DNA of 64,000 nucleotides from a candidate division WOR-3 bacterium (GTDB lineage: Bacteria > Hydrothermota > Tepidihabitantia > Tepidihabitantales > Tepidihabitantaceae): contig JBDRUN010000001.1 in the NCBI GenBank assembly GCA_039801365.1, positions 37,711 to 101,710 on the forward strand. The letters run 5' to 3'. The notes under the pieces are model-generated. The model saw nothing but the letters and a program-made list of their open reading frames with translations, ran no database searches and was not told the origin of the DNA. Position numbers and translations under genes: made by a program. Positions 19,572-29,072 of the stretch are shown here, in pieces. Each line of letters opens with the position of its first letter. Within the stretch, counting starts at the first letter, position 1.

Positions 19572-20383
19572 CTAGTCCACGAGGAAACCGACCCGGCATT
19601 TGGCAAGAAGCTCAAGATTAGCCTTTGAGCCGTGAATTTTTGCCGCGTCATGGGCCGAAACTACAAAGTCGCAGGCATTTGTGCCGGTAACACCTATTGC
19701 CCTCACGGCCAGCGGATTCGCGCCGATACGTTCGCTGGCCAGTGCCTCGGTCCGGCTCTGGTAGTAGGCTACCATGCCGCTTACGGCAAGCTCTTTTTCC
19801 TCAACAAACCCCGGGCCATACACCTCCAAGTCCTTCTCATTCACGACGCGCGGGAATAGCGCCGGCTTGTAACCGAGCCCTCGGCCATCAATGAGAATAC
19901 CGGTGTACCCGGGATCTGTTCCAGTTTCATACGGGACCAGCTCGACGCCCTCAGGAACATCCACCCCCTCTGGCCACTCCTGACCGCAGCATGGACAGGC
20001 GACCCGGCCCAAGAGTCGGCCTCCGCCTGTCTTTGGCAAGATCTGGACCATGATGCTGCCAGTCAGCGGAACTCTGTAGTCGGTTGAGACCGAGCCATCT
20101 GAGCCAAATCTAGTTTCGCCCTGAATGACTGGAAGCGTCATGCGCTCAAGCCGCAATGCCTCACGGGGATGACTGGTCAGGAATTCTCTGACCGTGATGT
20201 CCCGGTCATAACTTGCCCGACCAAGCACCTCGAGCACTCGTGCGGTCAGATTTCCATGAGCAAACGACCCCAAGTTCTGCCGTTCGAGCATCGTCACGTA
20301 AACAGCCTGACGACTGAAGTCCAGCGTGTCGGCAGAAACAAGAGTGATCCCGACTACTAACATCAAAATCACAGTAGACTTCA
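19572..20383 (-). CDS. Hypothetical secreted protein
   Basis: Start reset to MKSTVILMLVVGITLVSA (signal peptide) with a GGAGG RBS 6 nt upstream. A CPCC motif is present. No family recognised. Confidence 0.5.
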
Positions 20384-20430
20384 TTCCAACCTCCGCTATG
20401 TCCTCAATGCTGAGGACTATACCCGACATA

Positions 20431-20501
20431 AGCGGCCAACGGGATTCGAACCCGTGTAGCTGGCTTGGGAAGCCAGAGCTCTACCCCTGAGCTATGGCCG
20501 C
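20431..20501 (-). tRNA. tRNA-Gly (anticodon CCC)
   Basis: The reverse complement folds as a cloverleaf: acceptor GCGGCCA/TGGCCGC, D-arm GCTC…GAGC, anticodon stem CTGGC/GCCAG with loop TTCCCAA, and T-arm ACGGG-TTCGAAT-CCCGT. No encoded CCA. Confidence 0.8.
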
Positions 20502-20567
20502 ACACCAATTGTAGTCCTCAACGACCTCAGCTTAGGAGTCTACGTGCTTTCCAAGTACCCGCATGGG

Positions 20568-20601
20568 CTTGGGAAGCCAGAGCTCTACCCCTGAGCTACT
20601 A
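20568..20601. repeat. 33-bp partial duplicate of the tRNA-Gly gene (D-arm to anticodon arm), about 60 bp from the intact tRNA
   Basis: GGCTTGGGAAGCCAGAGCTCTACCCCTGAGCTA is identical to 20462–20494. The flanks diverge and the segment does not fold as a tRNA. Confidence 0.6.
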
Positions 20602-20845
20602 CATGCTAAGACCCCGGCTCCAACTGTCAAGCAGTTCTCGACCATCGCTCCAGCGGCCAGAAAGCCTTTCCGCCTGCTCCAAGCCTGACCACTCCCTTTC
20701 CGACCAGCCTGCTCCGACAGGTTGCCACTCCGGCTTTCGAGCATGAGCAAGTTGTCCAGAAGCTCGAGTTTGCGACGGTTCCGGACAGGGAATCCGAAGT
20801 TCTAACCCCTGGAAGCTGCGCTGCTCCAGCCAACAGCTTACGACG

Positions 20846-22270
20846 CTATTCCAGTTTGACTACCCGGCAAGCCGGAGAAGTCGAATCCACAGGACAGACC
20901 AGATATACTCCGGCCCCAAGCCCCTTCCCAATCTGGTCTCCGCGCTGTACCGCCACCCTGTTGCCGGCCGGGTCGAAAACCGACACCAGTCCCTGCTCAC
21001 GGCCCGGCAAAACCCCGTGCGTACGGAATACGCTTGGCACCACCAGCGGCTTCGGGGTCGCTGGCGACAGGTGCGCAATGTCGAACATTCCGACGTTGCC
21101 GCTGGTATTGCGCCGATGATATATCTCCTGGTTATAGATATGGCCACCCAGTGGATAGCCGTCGTGAACCACGTGCACAGTATTGCGCGAAGTGATGACA
21201 TGATAGTGATGGGTATGGATGGCCGATTCGCAGGAAACGACGAAGTCCGGTTCCCAAGTCAGCCCCCGGTCAGTAGAACGGGTATAGTGGGTCACATACA
21301 TTATCATGTCCATTCTGACGGCATGCAGGTACTGACCCGAAGCCCACAGATTCACGCTCCACGTGTGCGCCTGGTCGTTTGATATCTGCCGCTCCGGGGC
21401 CCAAGTTGCGCCGTTGTTCGTCGAACGAAAGTAGTAGAACTGGGAGAAGTTATCCCGGCCATCAACGTAGGCCAGATGGACATTCTGTCCTTCGGCCGCA
21501 ATACAGGGTGAGTCAGCTTTGTCTGGTGTCGGAAACTCGTATTCCGGAAGCCAGTCCTTGCCGCCGTTGGTTGAACGCCGGTATGTCACCCGCTCTTGCC
21601 AATAGTTCTCCCAGGCAACGTGTACAAACCGGCCCGATACGGCAATCGTCGGACACCAGTCGCCTGTGTTGATACCGATGGCCAACTCCTGGCCCCAAGT
21701 CCGGCCACCGTCTAATGACCGCCGGTAGAACACGTTGTCATCCCCGGCTAGACCGGCTCGATCGTCGTGAAACACCAGATGCAACGTGCAGCCGCTCGCA
21801 ACCATAACAGGAAAGTAGGCGCCCAGCTCACCGGTAGTGGCAAAGGTAAGCCGTGTCTGCTCTCCCCAGGTTGTTCCCCCGTCGGTTGAGCGCATGTAGT
21901 AAATGTCCGACTCCCGCAGCCGACCCGACATGTTACGCTCGTCGGTCCAGACAAGATGCAGTGTGTCACCAATCGCCAGCAGCGAAGGATAGCCCTGCCA
22001 AAAAGGGTCGTTCACAATACACCGCTCCGGCTCCCAAGTCGTGCCGTTATCAAACGAACGGATGTAATACAAGTCGCCATTGCCGGTCTTGTAGTCCCAC
22101 CACACCAGATGCAGAGTATCTCCGACCGCGGCAATCGGGAACTGCGTGCTGTTCGAGAGATACCCGGTGCTGTCGTGAAATGTCAGCCTGCGGGCCGGTT
22201 CCCACTGACCGACGGCCGGCGTAGTCAAAAGAACAACGACGAACACGGGACACAAAGCAGTCAACTTCAT
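20846..22270 (-). CDS. Secreted BNR/Asp-box repeat propeller (sialidase-like fold) with T9SS C-terminal domain
   Basis: Start at MKLTALCPVFVVVLLTTPAVGQ with a GGAGG RBS. Repeated S/TxDxGxTW boxes (RSTDGGTTW, RSLDGGRTW, RSTNGGKDW, RSTNNGATW, RSTDRGLTW). Tail …GAGVYLVCPVDS…. Confidence 0.75.
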   Translation of the reverse strand: MKLTALCPVFVVVLLTTPAVGQWEPARRLTFHDSTGYLSNSTQFPIAAVGDTLHLVWWDYKTGNGDLYYIRSFDNGTTWEPERCIVNDPFWQGYPSLLAIGDTLHLVWTDERNMSGRLRESDIYYMRSTDGGTTWGEQTRLTFATTGELGAYFPVMVASGCTLHLVFHDDRAGLAGDDNVFYRRSLDGGRTWGQELAIGINTGDWCPTIAVSGRFVHVAWENYWQERVTYRRSTNGGKDWLPEYEFPTPDKADSPCIAAEGQNVHLAYVDGRDNFSQFYYFRSTNNGATWAPERQISNDQAHTWSVNLWASGQYLHAVRMDMIMYVTHYTRSTDRGLTWEPDFVVSCESAIHTHHYHVITSRNTVHVVHDGYPLGGHIYNQEIYHRRNTSGNVGMFDIAHLSPATPKPLVVPSVFRTHGVLPGREQGLVSVFDPAGNRVAVQRGDQIGKGLGAGVYLVCPVDSTSPACRVVKLE

Positions 22271-22435
22271 CTTACCTCCCGCGATTGCAGCGCGGCCGCC
22301 CCTGCACCATTGCCGAGACAACAGCCGTATAGACCTGAACATCTATCTGGCATCCAGGACTGTCTCAATGGTACGAACAGCCGCCAGCGCGTTGCCGTAT
22401 CTCTTACATCGCGTGCCACTGTACTCATGGCGTCG

Positions 22436-25400
22436 TTACTTCTCTACCACCAGCTTCTGCGTTTGGGGTAGTCCGGTTGCGTCCAACCTTACCAGGTAGA
22501 CGCCGGCCGCAAACTGCCTCAGGTCCAGCACGATTGGCAACCGAGTGTCGGTCACCCGTTGGCCGAGAACGCACCGGCCTGCCGCGTCAAACACGCGCAC
22601 CCAACCCCCTGGCCACCTGGGTTCCTGACCACTCAGCCTAAGTATCGCCCGGCCGTTCGCAATCGGATTAGGGCTCACTGTAAGCTGCGTCCCGCCCGCC
22701 ACCGCCTTGTCTGCCTGCACTCCGGCGTAGAGTGTATTGCGCCGGGTGTAGCGTGCCGGGGCTTCGACCCAGCGCCAGAACTCAAAGGTCTTGTTCCCCT
22801 TCAAGGCAAACAGGGCCAAGTCTCGATACCCTGCAATGTCCCCTCCGGCCTTCACATACTTCTTCTTGCCGGTCGAACCGTTGCCCGGCATCGTGTCCAG
22901 CTCCTGCCAACTGTCGCCATCCGGAAAGTAACGGAAAAACTGCTGTGTATTGCCACCCTTCAAGGCGTACAGATTGTCGCGAAACCAAGCGCCGCCTGCT
23001 CCGTCCTTTGACTTCTTCTTCTTGTCCGGCCTGCCGCTGTGCCAGCCTGATACCGGCATCCCCTTGAGCGTGTCAGTCCACCTCTGGGTCAGTACGTCAT
23101 AACGGAACATGCAATGGTGTGGGTTCTCCTGTGTCTTATCGTAATACTTTGCCTGGTGGCAATATATCTCGGACACGGCCTGGCCCCTCTTGTGGTAAAC
23201 AAGGAACGAGCCTTTGTCGTACTTCTGCTTGGCGACACCATAAGGTGCCTCATCCAACGTATCCCAGCGGCCGGCCAGCACATTGTAGCGGTAGAACTCG
23301 GTCTTGCCACCCTTCAACAGATACACATAGCCGGTATCGTGCTGCTTCTTGGCATACACCATGTCGGTTCCCCCCTTCACCTTCTTGCCGTACTTGCCGA
23401 GCGGCACGTTTGCAAGCGAGTCCCAAGTGTTGGTGGTAACGTTGTACCGCCAGAACCCGAGCGTATTATTGCCCTTGACCATATAGACATAGCCATCGCC
23501 AAACACTGCGGCGCAGCCCTTAGAGGGCGGTTTCCTGCGGCCGCCCTCGTAAGACGGAATCGTCTCCAAGACAAAGAACGTGTCGTCCTCTGGCTCGTAC
23601 CGGTAGAAGTCAACCATCTTGTTACCCTTGGCAACGTACAAGACCTTGCGTCCATCGGTTGCCGCCCCCCCCTCGATTACAAAGGCACCATCCTTCACAC
23701 CCTTTGCCCCTGTTTCGTGCGGCACCGACTTCACCTCCACCCAGCCCGGAGGCCAGGAGGGTCCCTCCTGCCTTGTCGAGAAAGTAAACGGCCCGTTCGA
23801 GCTCCATTTTTCACCGTCGGTTGCAGTAATTGCCTTCACGTCCCACTTGTAGGCCGTGCCGTACTTCAGGGCCGCAAGGTCGTAGGTCCAGGTGTTGTCT
23901 GTAAGCCCGGTCTTCACTGGAGAACCTTCCCGCGGATTTGCGGGCGACTCGGTAAGGTACACTTCATAGGTCAACGTGTAATCAGGACTTGCGTCTTCCC
24001 ACTCAAATTTGATTCCGGTCACTGGCTGGCGTAAGGCCAAGTCGGCTGGCTTGGTCAGATTGAAGTCCTTTGGCTCAGGTATCGGTGACCGGACCGTGAA
24101 CGTCGCGGGATTGGATTCGCCACCGCCTGGATTCGGATTGAACACGGTGATTGGGTACTCACCCGCAACAAGCAGGTCCCCGGCCGGTATTGCCGCTTCA
24201 AGTTCAGTCGCACTCTTCCAGGTCGTTCCCCTGTCCGAGCCGTTGAACCGCACGACCGAGCCTGGGCCGAACCCGGTTGTTGGAACGAAGTTCGTGCCGG
24301 TAACGGTCATTGTAAACCCTGGGTCGCCGACGTTCTTCTCATCCGGGTCAATGTCAGTAATCGTGGGCACCAGGTTCTTCACCGTGAACATCACCGGGTC
24401 TGACTCACCACCACCCGGACTCGGATTGAACACGGTGATTGGGTACTCACCCGCAACAAGCAGGTCCCCGGCCGGTATTACCGCCTCGAGTTCGGTCGCA
24501 CTTTTCCAGGTCGTTCCCCTGTCCGAACCGTTGAACCGCACAACCGAGCCTGGGCCGAAGGCAGTTGTTGGTACAAAGTTCGTGCCGGCAACGGCCAGTG
24601 TAAACCCTGGCTCACCAACATTCTTCTCATCCGGGTCAATGTCAGTAATCGTGGGCACCAGATTCTTCACCGTGAACATCTTCGGATCAGACTCCCCACC
24701 CCCAGGCGCCGCGTTGAACACAGTAATCGGGAACTCACCTGCGACTTCAAGGTCCGAGGCCAGTATCGTCGCCTCCAGCCTGGTATTGCTCTTGTACTCC
24801 GTAGCCCTGGGCGAGCCGTTGAACCGCACGACCGAGCCTGGGCCGAACCCGGTTGTTGGAACGAAGTTCGTGCCGGTAACAGTCAGCGTGAACCCAGGTT
24901 CGCCCGCATTCTTCTCAGACGGGTCTATGCTTGTGATACTGGGCCTCAGGTTCTTCACCGTGAAGCTGTGGGTACCGGTACTCGGGTACTTGTCGTTAGT
25001 CTTCACCTGGTCAGTACTGAGTTCGGTGCTGCACGTCACGGTGTAGGTGCCAGCGTAGAGTGTGACGTTCACCTGGCTGAAGTTCACCGCCTTGCCGGCT
25101 TGGAGCGGGTCAAGACTCGGCGTCTTCTGGTCGCTCCAGACCTGGGTGCCGCTGGAGTTGTAGATGCGGAGTGTCACCGGCACGGTCGGCTCGCTGGTCG
25201 AGGTGAAGTTGGAAATCGTCGCAACCGGCGTAATCGGGTCGCCGAAGTTGTACTCTGAACCATTGGCCGGAGTTGTTATCCCGACTGCACCCACGTCGTG
25301 CGGCTGCGTTGCCGTGTAGTTGATTACCAGATACGGAGCAGTTCTCTTCCAGCCATAGATGTACCGAGCCGCAGTACCGCCCGTACCCCTCTTTATGCCG

Positions 25401-26611
25401 AACGCCACCCAGTTCCGGCTGAGCGCGGCCTGAACTGCACCAACACCGGTCGAGTTCAAATCCCTCGCCGACCACGCGGGCGCAGGAGATTCGGTAGCCG
25501 AGGGCGACACCACGTCACCGTTGATGATGGCTTGTTGGAGGTCATATGCGGATGCAGAAACCGGGTCAAAGCTGGGCGAGATGGCAGTCCATATGCTGCT
25601 GGATGATGTCGTCCCGGAGAAAAGATAGTAGTTCAGGGATACCGAGTTTACGGTCGCGCCGTCTGGCACCGCGGAAAGGTCGAACTTTGCCCACCCGACC
25701 GAGTTAGTGCTGTAGTAGTAGATGATATCGTCGGTCTTGGTGGAAGCGGTCGTCCAGCCAGTCCAGTAAGCGCTGTTGAGCGACGCTTGCGGCGAAGCGG
25801 AGATATCGGAAACCCAGAACACTCGCAAGTAAGGTCTGTAAGAACCGCCGGTGTAACCATAGGCGGCCCGGTAGTTTGCCGAACTTGTGTAGTACCAGCC
25901 GAAGGCCACCCAATCGCTAGTGAGATTGCTTTCTATCGCCGCCACCCCTACCGAGTTCAGGGGTCTGGCTACCCAGTTCACATCGTCGCCACCGCTGGCG
26001 CGTGTAGGTTCCTCGCAGGCGGCAGTAATCGCCGGTCCCTCATCGATGGAGGACCATACGTCCTCGGCGCTAGCCGTGACCGGGTCCACGTCCATCAGGT
26101 GCCATTCTGATTCTTCCGCCGATGTTCCGGAGGATATGCAGTAGTACAGTATCGCCGAGGTGATGTCAACCCCTTCCGGCAGGTTACTCAGGTCGAACTT
26201 GGCCCAGCCGTAGTAGGAGTTGCTGCCGCCGCCGGAAATCTGCATCAGCGGGCCGTTTTTTACAGCACCCCAGTAGTCCACCCAGCCGGTTGCATACTGG
26301 ACGTTGTAAGGGTAGGCAATGCCACTACCGTCGGTCATCTGTTCCGCCGAACTGCCAACCTCGATCTCGTCAACTTCAACCCAGTTGCCGTGCTCATCTT
26401 GTCGGTGAATTGGATATGCGTATGTCTCGGTCGTTATTGTCCCGTCGCCATTCGAATAGTGACGGGAGCGCTCAGTCCGCAGCCCGACTATCTCGGTTCC
26501 TTTCGGAAGGAAACCCCAATTCTGGACCGTGGTGCCAGGTACAGCGGCCAGTGCCGCTGTCCAGCAGAGAACCAGTAGTTCTATTCCAATGACAGTCTTG
26601 TGTCGTGCCAT
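22436..26611 (-). CDS. Giant secreted protein (1391 aa): N-terminal domains, 3x tandem TIG/IPT-like Ig domains, Kelch-like repeats, T9SS C-terminal domain
   Basis: Signal peptide. Three approximately 96-aa repeats (…TITDIDPDEKNVGEPGFT…GSVVRFNGSDRGTTWKSATELEA…ITVFNP.PGGGES…). C-terminal tail …AGVYLVRLDATGLPQTQKLVVEK. Confidence 0.8.
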   Translation of the reverse strand: MARHKTVIGIELLVLCWTAALAAVPGTTVQNWGFLPKGTEIVGLRTERSRHYSNGDGTITTETYAYPIHRQDEHGNWVEVDEIEVGSSAEQMTDGSGIAYPYNVQYATGWVDYWGAVKNGPLMQISGGGSNSYYGWAKFDLSNLPEGVDITSAILYYCISSGTSAEESEWHLMDVDPVTASAEDVWSSIDEGPAITAACEEPTRASGGDDVNWVARPLNSVGVAAIESNLTSDWVAFGWYYTSSANYRAAYGYTGGSYRPYLRVFWVSDISASPQASLNSAYWTGWTTASTKTDDIIYYYSTNSVGWAKFDLSAVPDGATVNSVSLNYYLFSGTTSSSSIWTAISPSFDPVSASAYDLQQAIINGDVVSPSATESPAPAWSARDLNSTGVGAVQAALSRNWVAFGIKRGTGGTAARYIYGWKRTAPYLVINYTATQPHDVGAVGITTPANGSEYNFGDPITPVATISNFTSTSEPTVPVTLRIYNSSGTQVWSDQKTPSLDPLQAGKAVNFSQVNVTLYAGTYTVTCSTELSTDQVKTNDKYPSTGTHSFTVKNLRPSITSIDPSEKNAGEPGFTLTVTGTNFVPTTGFGPGSVVRFNGSPRATEYKSNTRLEATILASDLEVAGEFPITVFNAAPGGGESDPKMFTVKNLVPTITDIDPDEKNVGEPGFTLAVAGTNFVPTTAFGPGSVVRFNGSDRGTTWKSATELEAVIPAGDLLVAGEYPITVFNPSPGGGESDPVMFTVKNLVPTITDIDPDEKNVGDPGFTMTVTGTNFVPTTGFGPGSVVRFNGSDRGTTWKSATELEAAIPAGDLLVAGEYPITVFNPNPGGGESNPATFTVRSPIPEPKDFNLTKPADLALRQPVTGIKFEWEDASPDYTLTYEVYLTESPANPREGSPVKTGLTDNTWTYDLAALKYGTAYKWDVKAITATDGEKWSSNGPFTFSTRQEGPSWPPGWVEVKSVPHETGAKGVKDGAFVIEGGAATDGRKVLYVAKGNKMVDFYRYEPEDDTFFVLETIPSYEGGRRKPPSKGCAAVFGDGYVYMVKGNNTLGFWRYNVTTNTWDSLANVPLGKYGKKVKGGTDMVYAKKQHDTGYVYLLKGGKTEFYRYNVLAGRWDTLDEAPYGVAKQKYDKGSFLVYHKRGQAVSEIYCHQAKYYDKTQENPHHCMFRYDVLTQRWTDTLKGMPVSGWHSGRPDKKKKSKDGAGGAWFRDNLYALKGGNTQQFFRYFPDGDSWQELDTMPGNGSTGKKKYVKAGGDIAGYRDLALFALKGNKTFEFWRWVEAPARYTRRNTLYAGVQADKAVAGGTQLTVSPNPIANGRAILRLSGQEPRWPGGWVRVFDAAGRCVLGQRVTDTRLPIVLDLRQFAAGVYLVRLDATGLPQTQKLVVEK
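24070..24960. repeat. Three near-identical approximately 290-bp tandem repeats inside the giant-protein gene (encoding the TIG/IPT domains)
   Basis: Long nucleotide stretches recur, e.g. 24130–24400 versus 24420–24690, and the third copy is highly similar. Confidence 0.8.
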
Positions 26612-26627
26612 TGCTGCCTCCTTTGAT

Positions 26628-28286
26628 TCAGGGTTCTTTCAAACTTCTTACAACTGCCATTCGGCCGGTCGCAATCGCGTCTTTAGTTTCGAACCGAACC
26701 AGATACACGCCCGCGCTCAACCTCCGAAGGTCTAGCGTGACACCCAATGACCAGTCCTCACTCCTCCTGTTCCCTCCGCCTTCCAGAAGGGTGCGGGGAA
26801 TGTTGCGGACAAGAACGCACCTGCCCGCAGCGTCGAATACGCGTATAGTGCCGCCATTTCGTTCAACCCACTGTCCGGCAAGTCGAAGCATTGCCTGGTC
26901 GGACGTAACCGGGTTCGGCACAATGTGGATCCCCAACTCGGCAACAGGTATCAAGGCCGACTGGGAACGCATCGCAACCGGATTGCCACCGCGGTTGCGC
27001 CGGTAGTATATCTCGTAGAAGCCTGTGCTCTCCGGTATCATCCCATCAAAGAGTACGTGCACCGTGGTGTCGCTGACCGCGACCGCGTGGTCCATGCACT
27101 GCATCCGGAAATAGTCCGATACCTCGACTCCCGGTTCCCAAGTCACGCCGCCATCGGTCGAGCGGTGATACCATATGTGGTAGAGGTCCATTAGCAACCG
27201 CACGACATGCACATTTTTGCCCGACACAGCAACATCGGCTGACCAAGTGAAATCGCTATCCTGCGTCAGACAGGTCTCCGGCTCCCAGGTTACTCCGTTG
27301 TCAATCGAGCGGCGGTAGTACAACTGATCGAAGTTGGTCTGGCTGCCGTCAGAATAGACGACATGGACTGTGTCATGGGAAACGTCAACACACGGCGCAT
27401 AGGACACCGTCTCGGTCGGAAAACTGACTTGGGGCTGCCAGGTGTTTCCGCCATCGGTCGAACGCCGGTACCATACCCGCAGACTATTGAAGTTCTCCCA
27501 CACGACGTGCAGGTTCTTTCCCCACACGGCAATCGTCGAGAGCCAAGCTCCCATATCGCTCGCAATTGCCCGATCCTGGGTCCAAGTCTGACCTCGGTCG
27601 GTAGAACGCTTGTAATGAATCAGGTCGTCGCCGTTCCGGTCGTCTTCCCAGACCAGGTGCACGGTGTCGCCACGGCACGCCGCGCACGGGTGCCATCCTC
27701 CATATTCGCCGGCTGGGTTGGTGCAAAGCAGCGTTTCCGGCTGCCATGTCTCGCCTCCATCGGTTGAGCGCCGGTAATAGATGTCAGCCTCACGGATTCG
27801 GCCCGGCTTATTCCGTTCATCGGTCCAGAACACGTGTACCACCAAGCCAGAAACTGCCACCGTCGGCATCGCCTGATAGGCAGAGTCAAACGTGAGCTGT
27901 ACGTCTGGCCCCCAGGTTGTACCACCGTCAGTAGAACGCTTGTAGTACACTTCGTCGTTGCCGGTACGTTCATCGTACCAGACCGCGTGCAGTGTGTCGC
28001 CCGACACAGCCAGACAGCGCTCACCCCCGCTCGAAATCCAGGAATGGCCCGGCGCGCTGGTCAGCCTTTCGTAAGGCTCCCAGTCGACACCCGGCAAGAT
28101 AGCTGGCCGGACAACGATTCGATTGATAACTCTCCGCGCTCCGGCATGTTTGTTCGGTCGGATGCCCTGTTCGGCCCAAACCCACGTTGGTAGACCAAGG
28201 CCGAAAACCAGTAGGACAGCAGCCCACAAGACCGTCTTTCCTCTTGCTCTTGCTGCCATCTTCGCATCTCCTCTCATATCTCCCAC
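26628..28286 (-). CDS. Secreted BNR/Asp-box propeller protein with T9SS C-terminal domain
   Basis: Signal peptide. RSTDGGTTW, RSTDGGETW, RSTDRGQTW, RSTDGGNTW, RSIDNGVTW and RSTDGGVTW boxes. Tail …AGVYLVRFETKD…. Confidence 0.75.
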   Translation of the reverse strand: MGDMRGDAKMAARARGKTVLWAAVLLVFGLGLPTWVWAEQGIRPNKHAGARRVINRIVVRPAILPGVDWEPYERLTSAPGHSWISSGGERCLAVSGDTLHAVWYDERTGNDEVYYKRSTDGGTTWGPDVQLTFDSAYQAMPTVAVSGLVVHVFWTDERNKPGRIREADIYYRRSTDGGETWQPETLLCTNPAGEYGGWHPCAACRGDTVHLVWEDDRNGDDLIHYKRSTDRGQTWTQDRAIASDMGAWLSTIAVWGKNLHVVWENFNSLRVWYRRSTDGGNTWQPQVSFPTETVSYAPCVDVSHDTVHVVYSDGSQTNFDQLYYRRSIDNGVTWEPETCLTQDSDFTWSADVAVSGKNVHVVRLLMDLYHIWYHRSTDGGVTWEPGVEVSDYFRMQCMDHAVAVSDTTVHVLFDGMIPESTGFYEIYYRRNRGGNPVAMRSQSALIPVAELGIHIVPNPVTSDQAMLRLAGQWVERNGGTIRVFDAAGRCVLVRNIPRTLLEGGGNRRSEDWSLGVTLDLRRLSAGVYLVRFETKDAIATGRMAVVRSLKEP

Positions 28287-28290
28287 ATTC

Positions 28291-29049
28291 CTACCTGATC
28301 ACTATCACTTTCAGTATTCCGTCACCGCAATCCCTACTGGTTGGCGTTGCGTAGTACACACCCGACGACAGGTACCTCGTATCATTCTCACCTGGCGCGA
28401 GGTCCATCACTTTCCGGCCGTCTGAACCAAGCAGTGCGTATGAAGAGAACAATACCGATGGCAGCAGCAGGCTTCCGCGCACGACCGTCGGCCCCGGCTT
28501 ACTCCGTGGCGCTTGCGGTAGAAAGTGACCTTCTTTGACTCCGGTCCCGGTGTACTTCACCGAGACTTCGTCTATGTTCGTCGCATAAGGCTCGCCTGAG
28601 ATATTGGTGATGCGTATGCCGCAGAGCTTCTTGCCCAGAGACATCGTACTCTTCAGGTTCCCGGAGTATGTCCAGTCCTCATCGGCCACAAAGCTCGTCT
28701 GACTGGTACTGCTGTCCGAATAGTAGAACCGCACCTGCACTGGGCCTGACCCGCCGTTCTGATACCACATATAGGCCCACATCGAAGCCTCGATTATGTC
28801 GTCAACCGACGTAGCGGCAAACCGTTGTTCGATGTAGCCGTCGTCGGCCTCTGAACACGCGTAATACAGACCCCGCCGCGCGCCGCCGCCCCAGGTGGAA
28901 AAACCGAACCAGTCCCATTCACTCAGGTCCCCGGTCTCAAACCCGCCGTTCCTGATGAGTTCCTCTTGGGCAAATCCGATGGTGGTAATCAAGCAAGCCA
29001 GCAATACAATGACCACAAGTTTCCCCTCGCCAAGTACTAGCTTCATCAT
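28291..29049 (-). CDS. Secreted CBM-like (jelly-roll, NGGFE motif) protein with T9SS-like tail
   Basis: The signal peptide is followed by IRNGGFETGDLSEWDW, typical of CBM4/9/22-type modules. The start codon is ambiguous between the two adjacent Met. Confidence 0.6.
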   Translation of the reverse strand: MMKLVLGEGKLVVIVLLACLITTIGFAQEELIRNGGFETGDLSEWDWFGFSTWGGGARRGLYYACSEADDGYIEQRFAATSVDDIIEASMWAYMWYQNGGSGPVQVRFYYSDSSTSQTSFVADEDWTYSGNLKSTMSLGKKLCGIRITNISGEPYATNIDEVSVKYTGTGVKEGHFLPQAPRSKPGPTVVRGSLLLPSVLFSSYALLGSDGRKVMDLAPGENDTRYLSSGVYYATPTSRDCGDGILKVIVIR

Positions 29050-29072
29050 AAACGACCTTTCGTTACTCACCT

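Noticed and set aside
23114-25046. 306-aa and 345-aa plus-strand ORFs
   Set aside because: Antisense to the 1391-aa secreted protein. The 345-aa ORF's apparent internal repeats only mirror the TIG repeat on the other strand.
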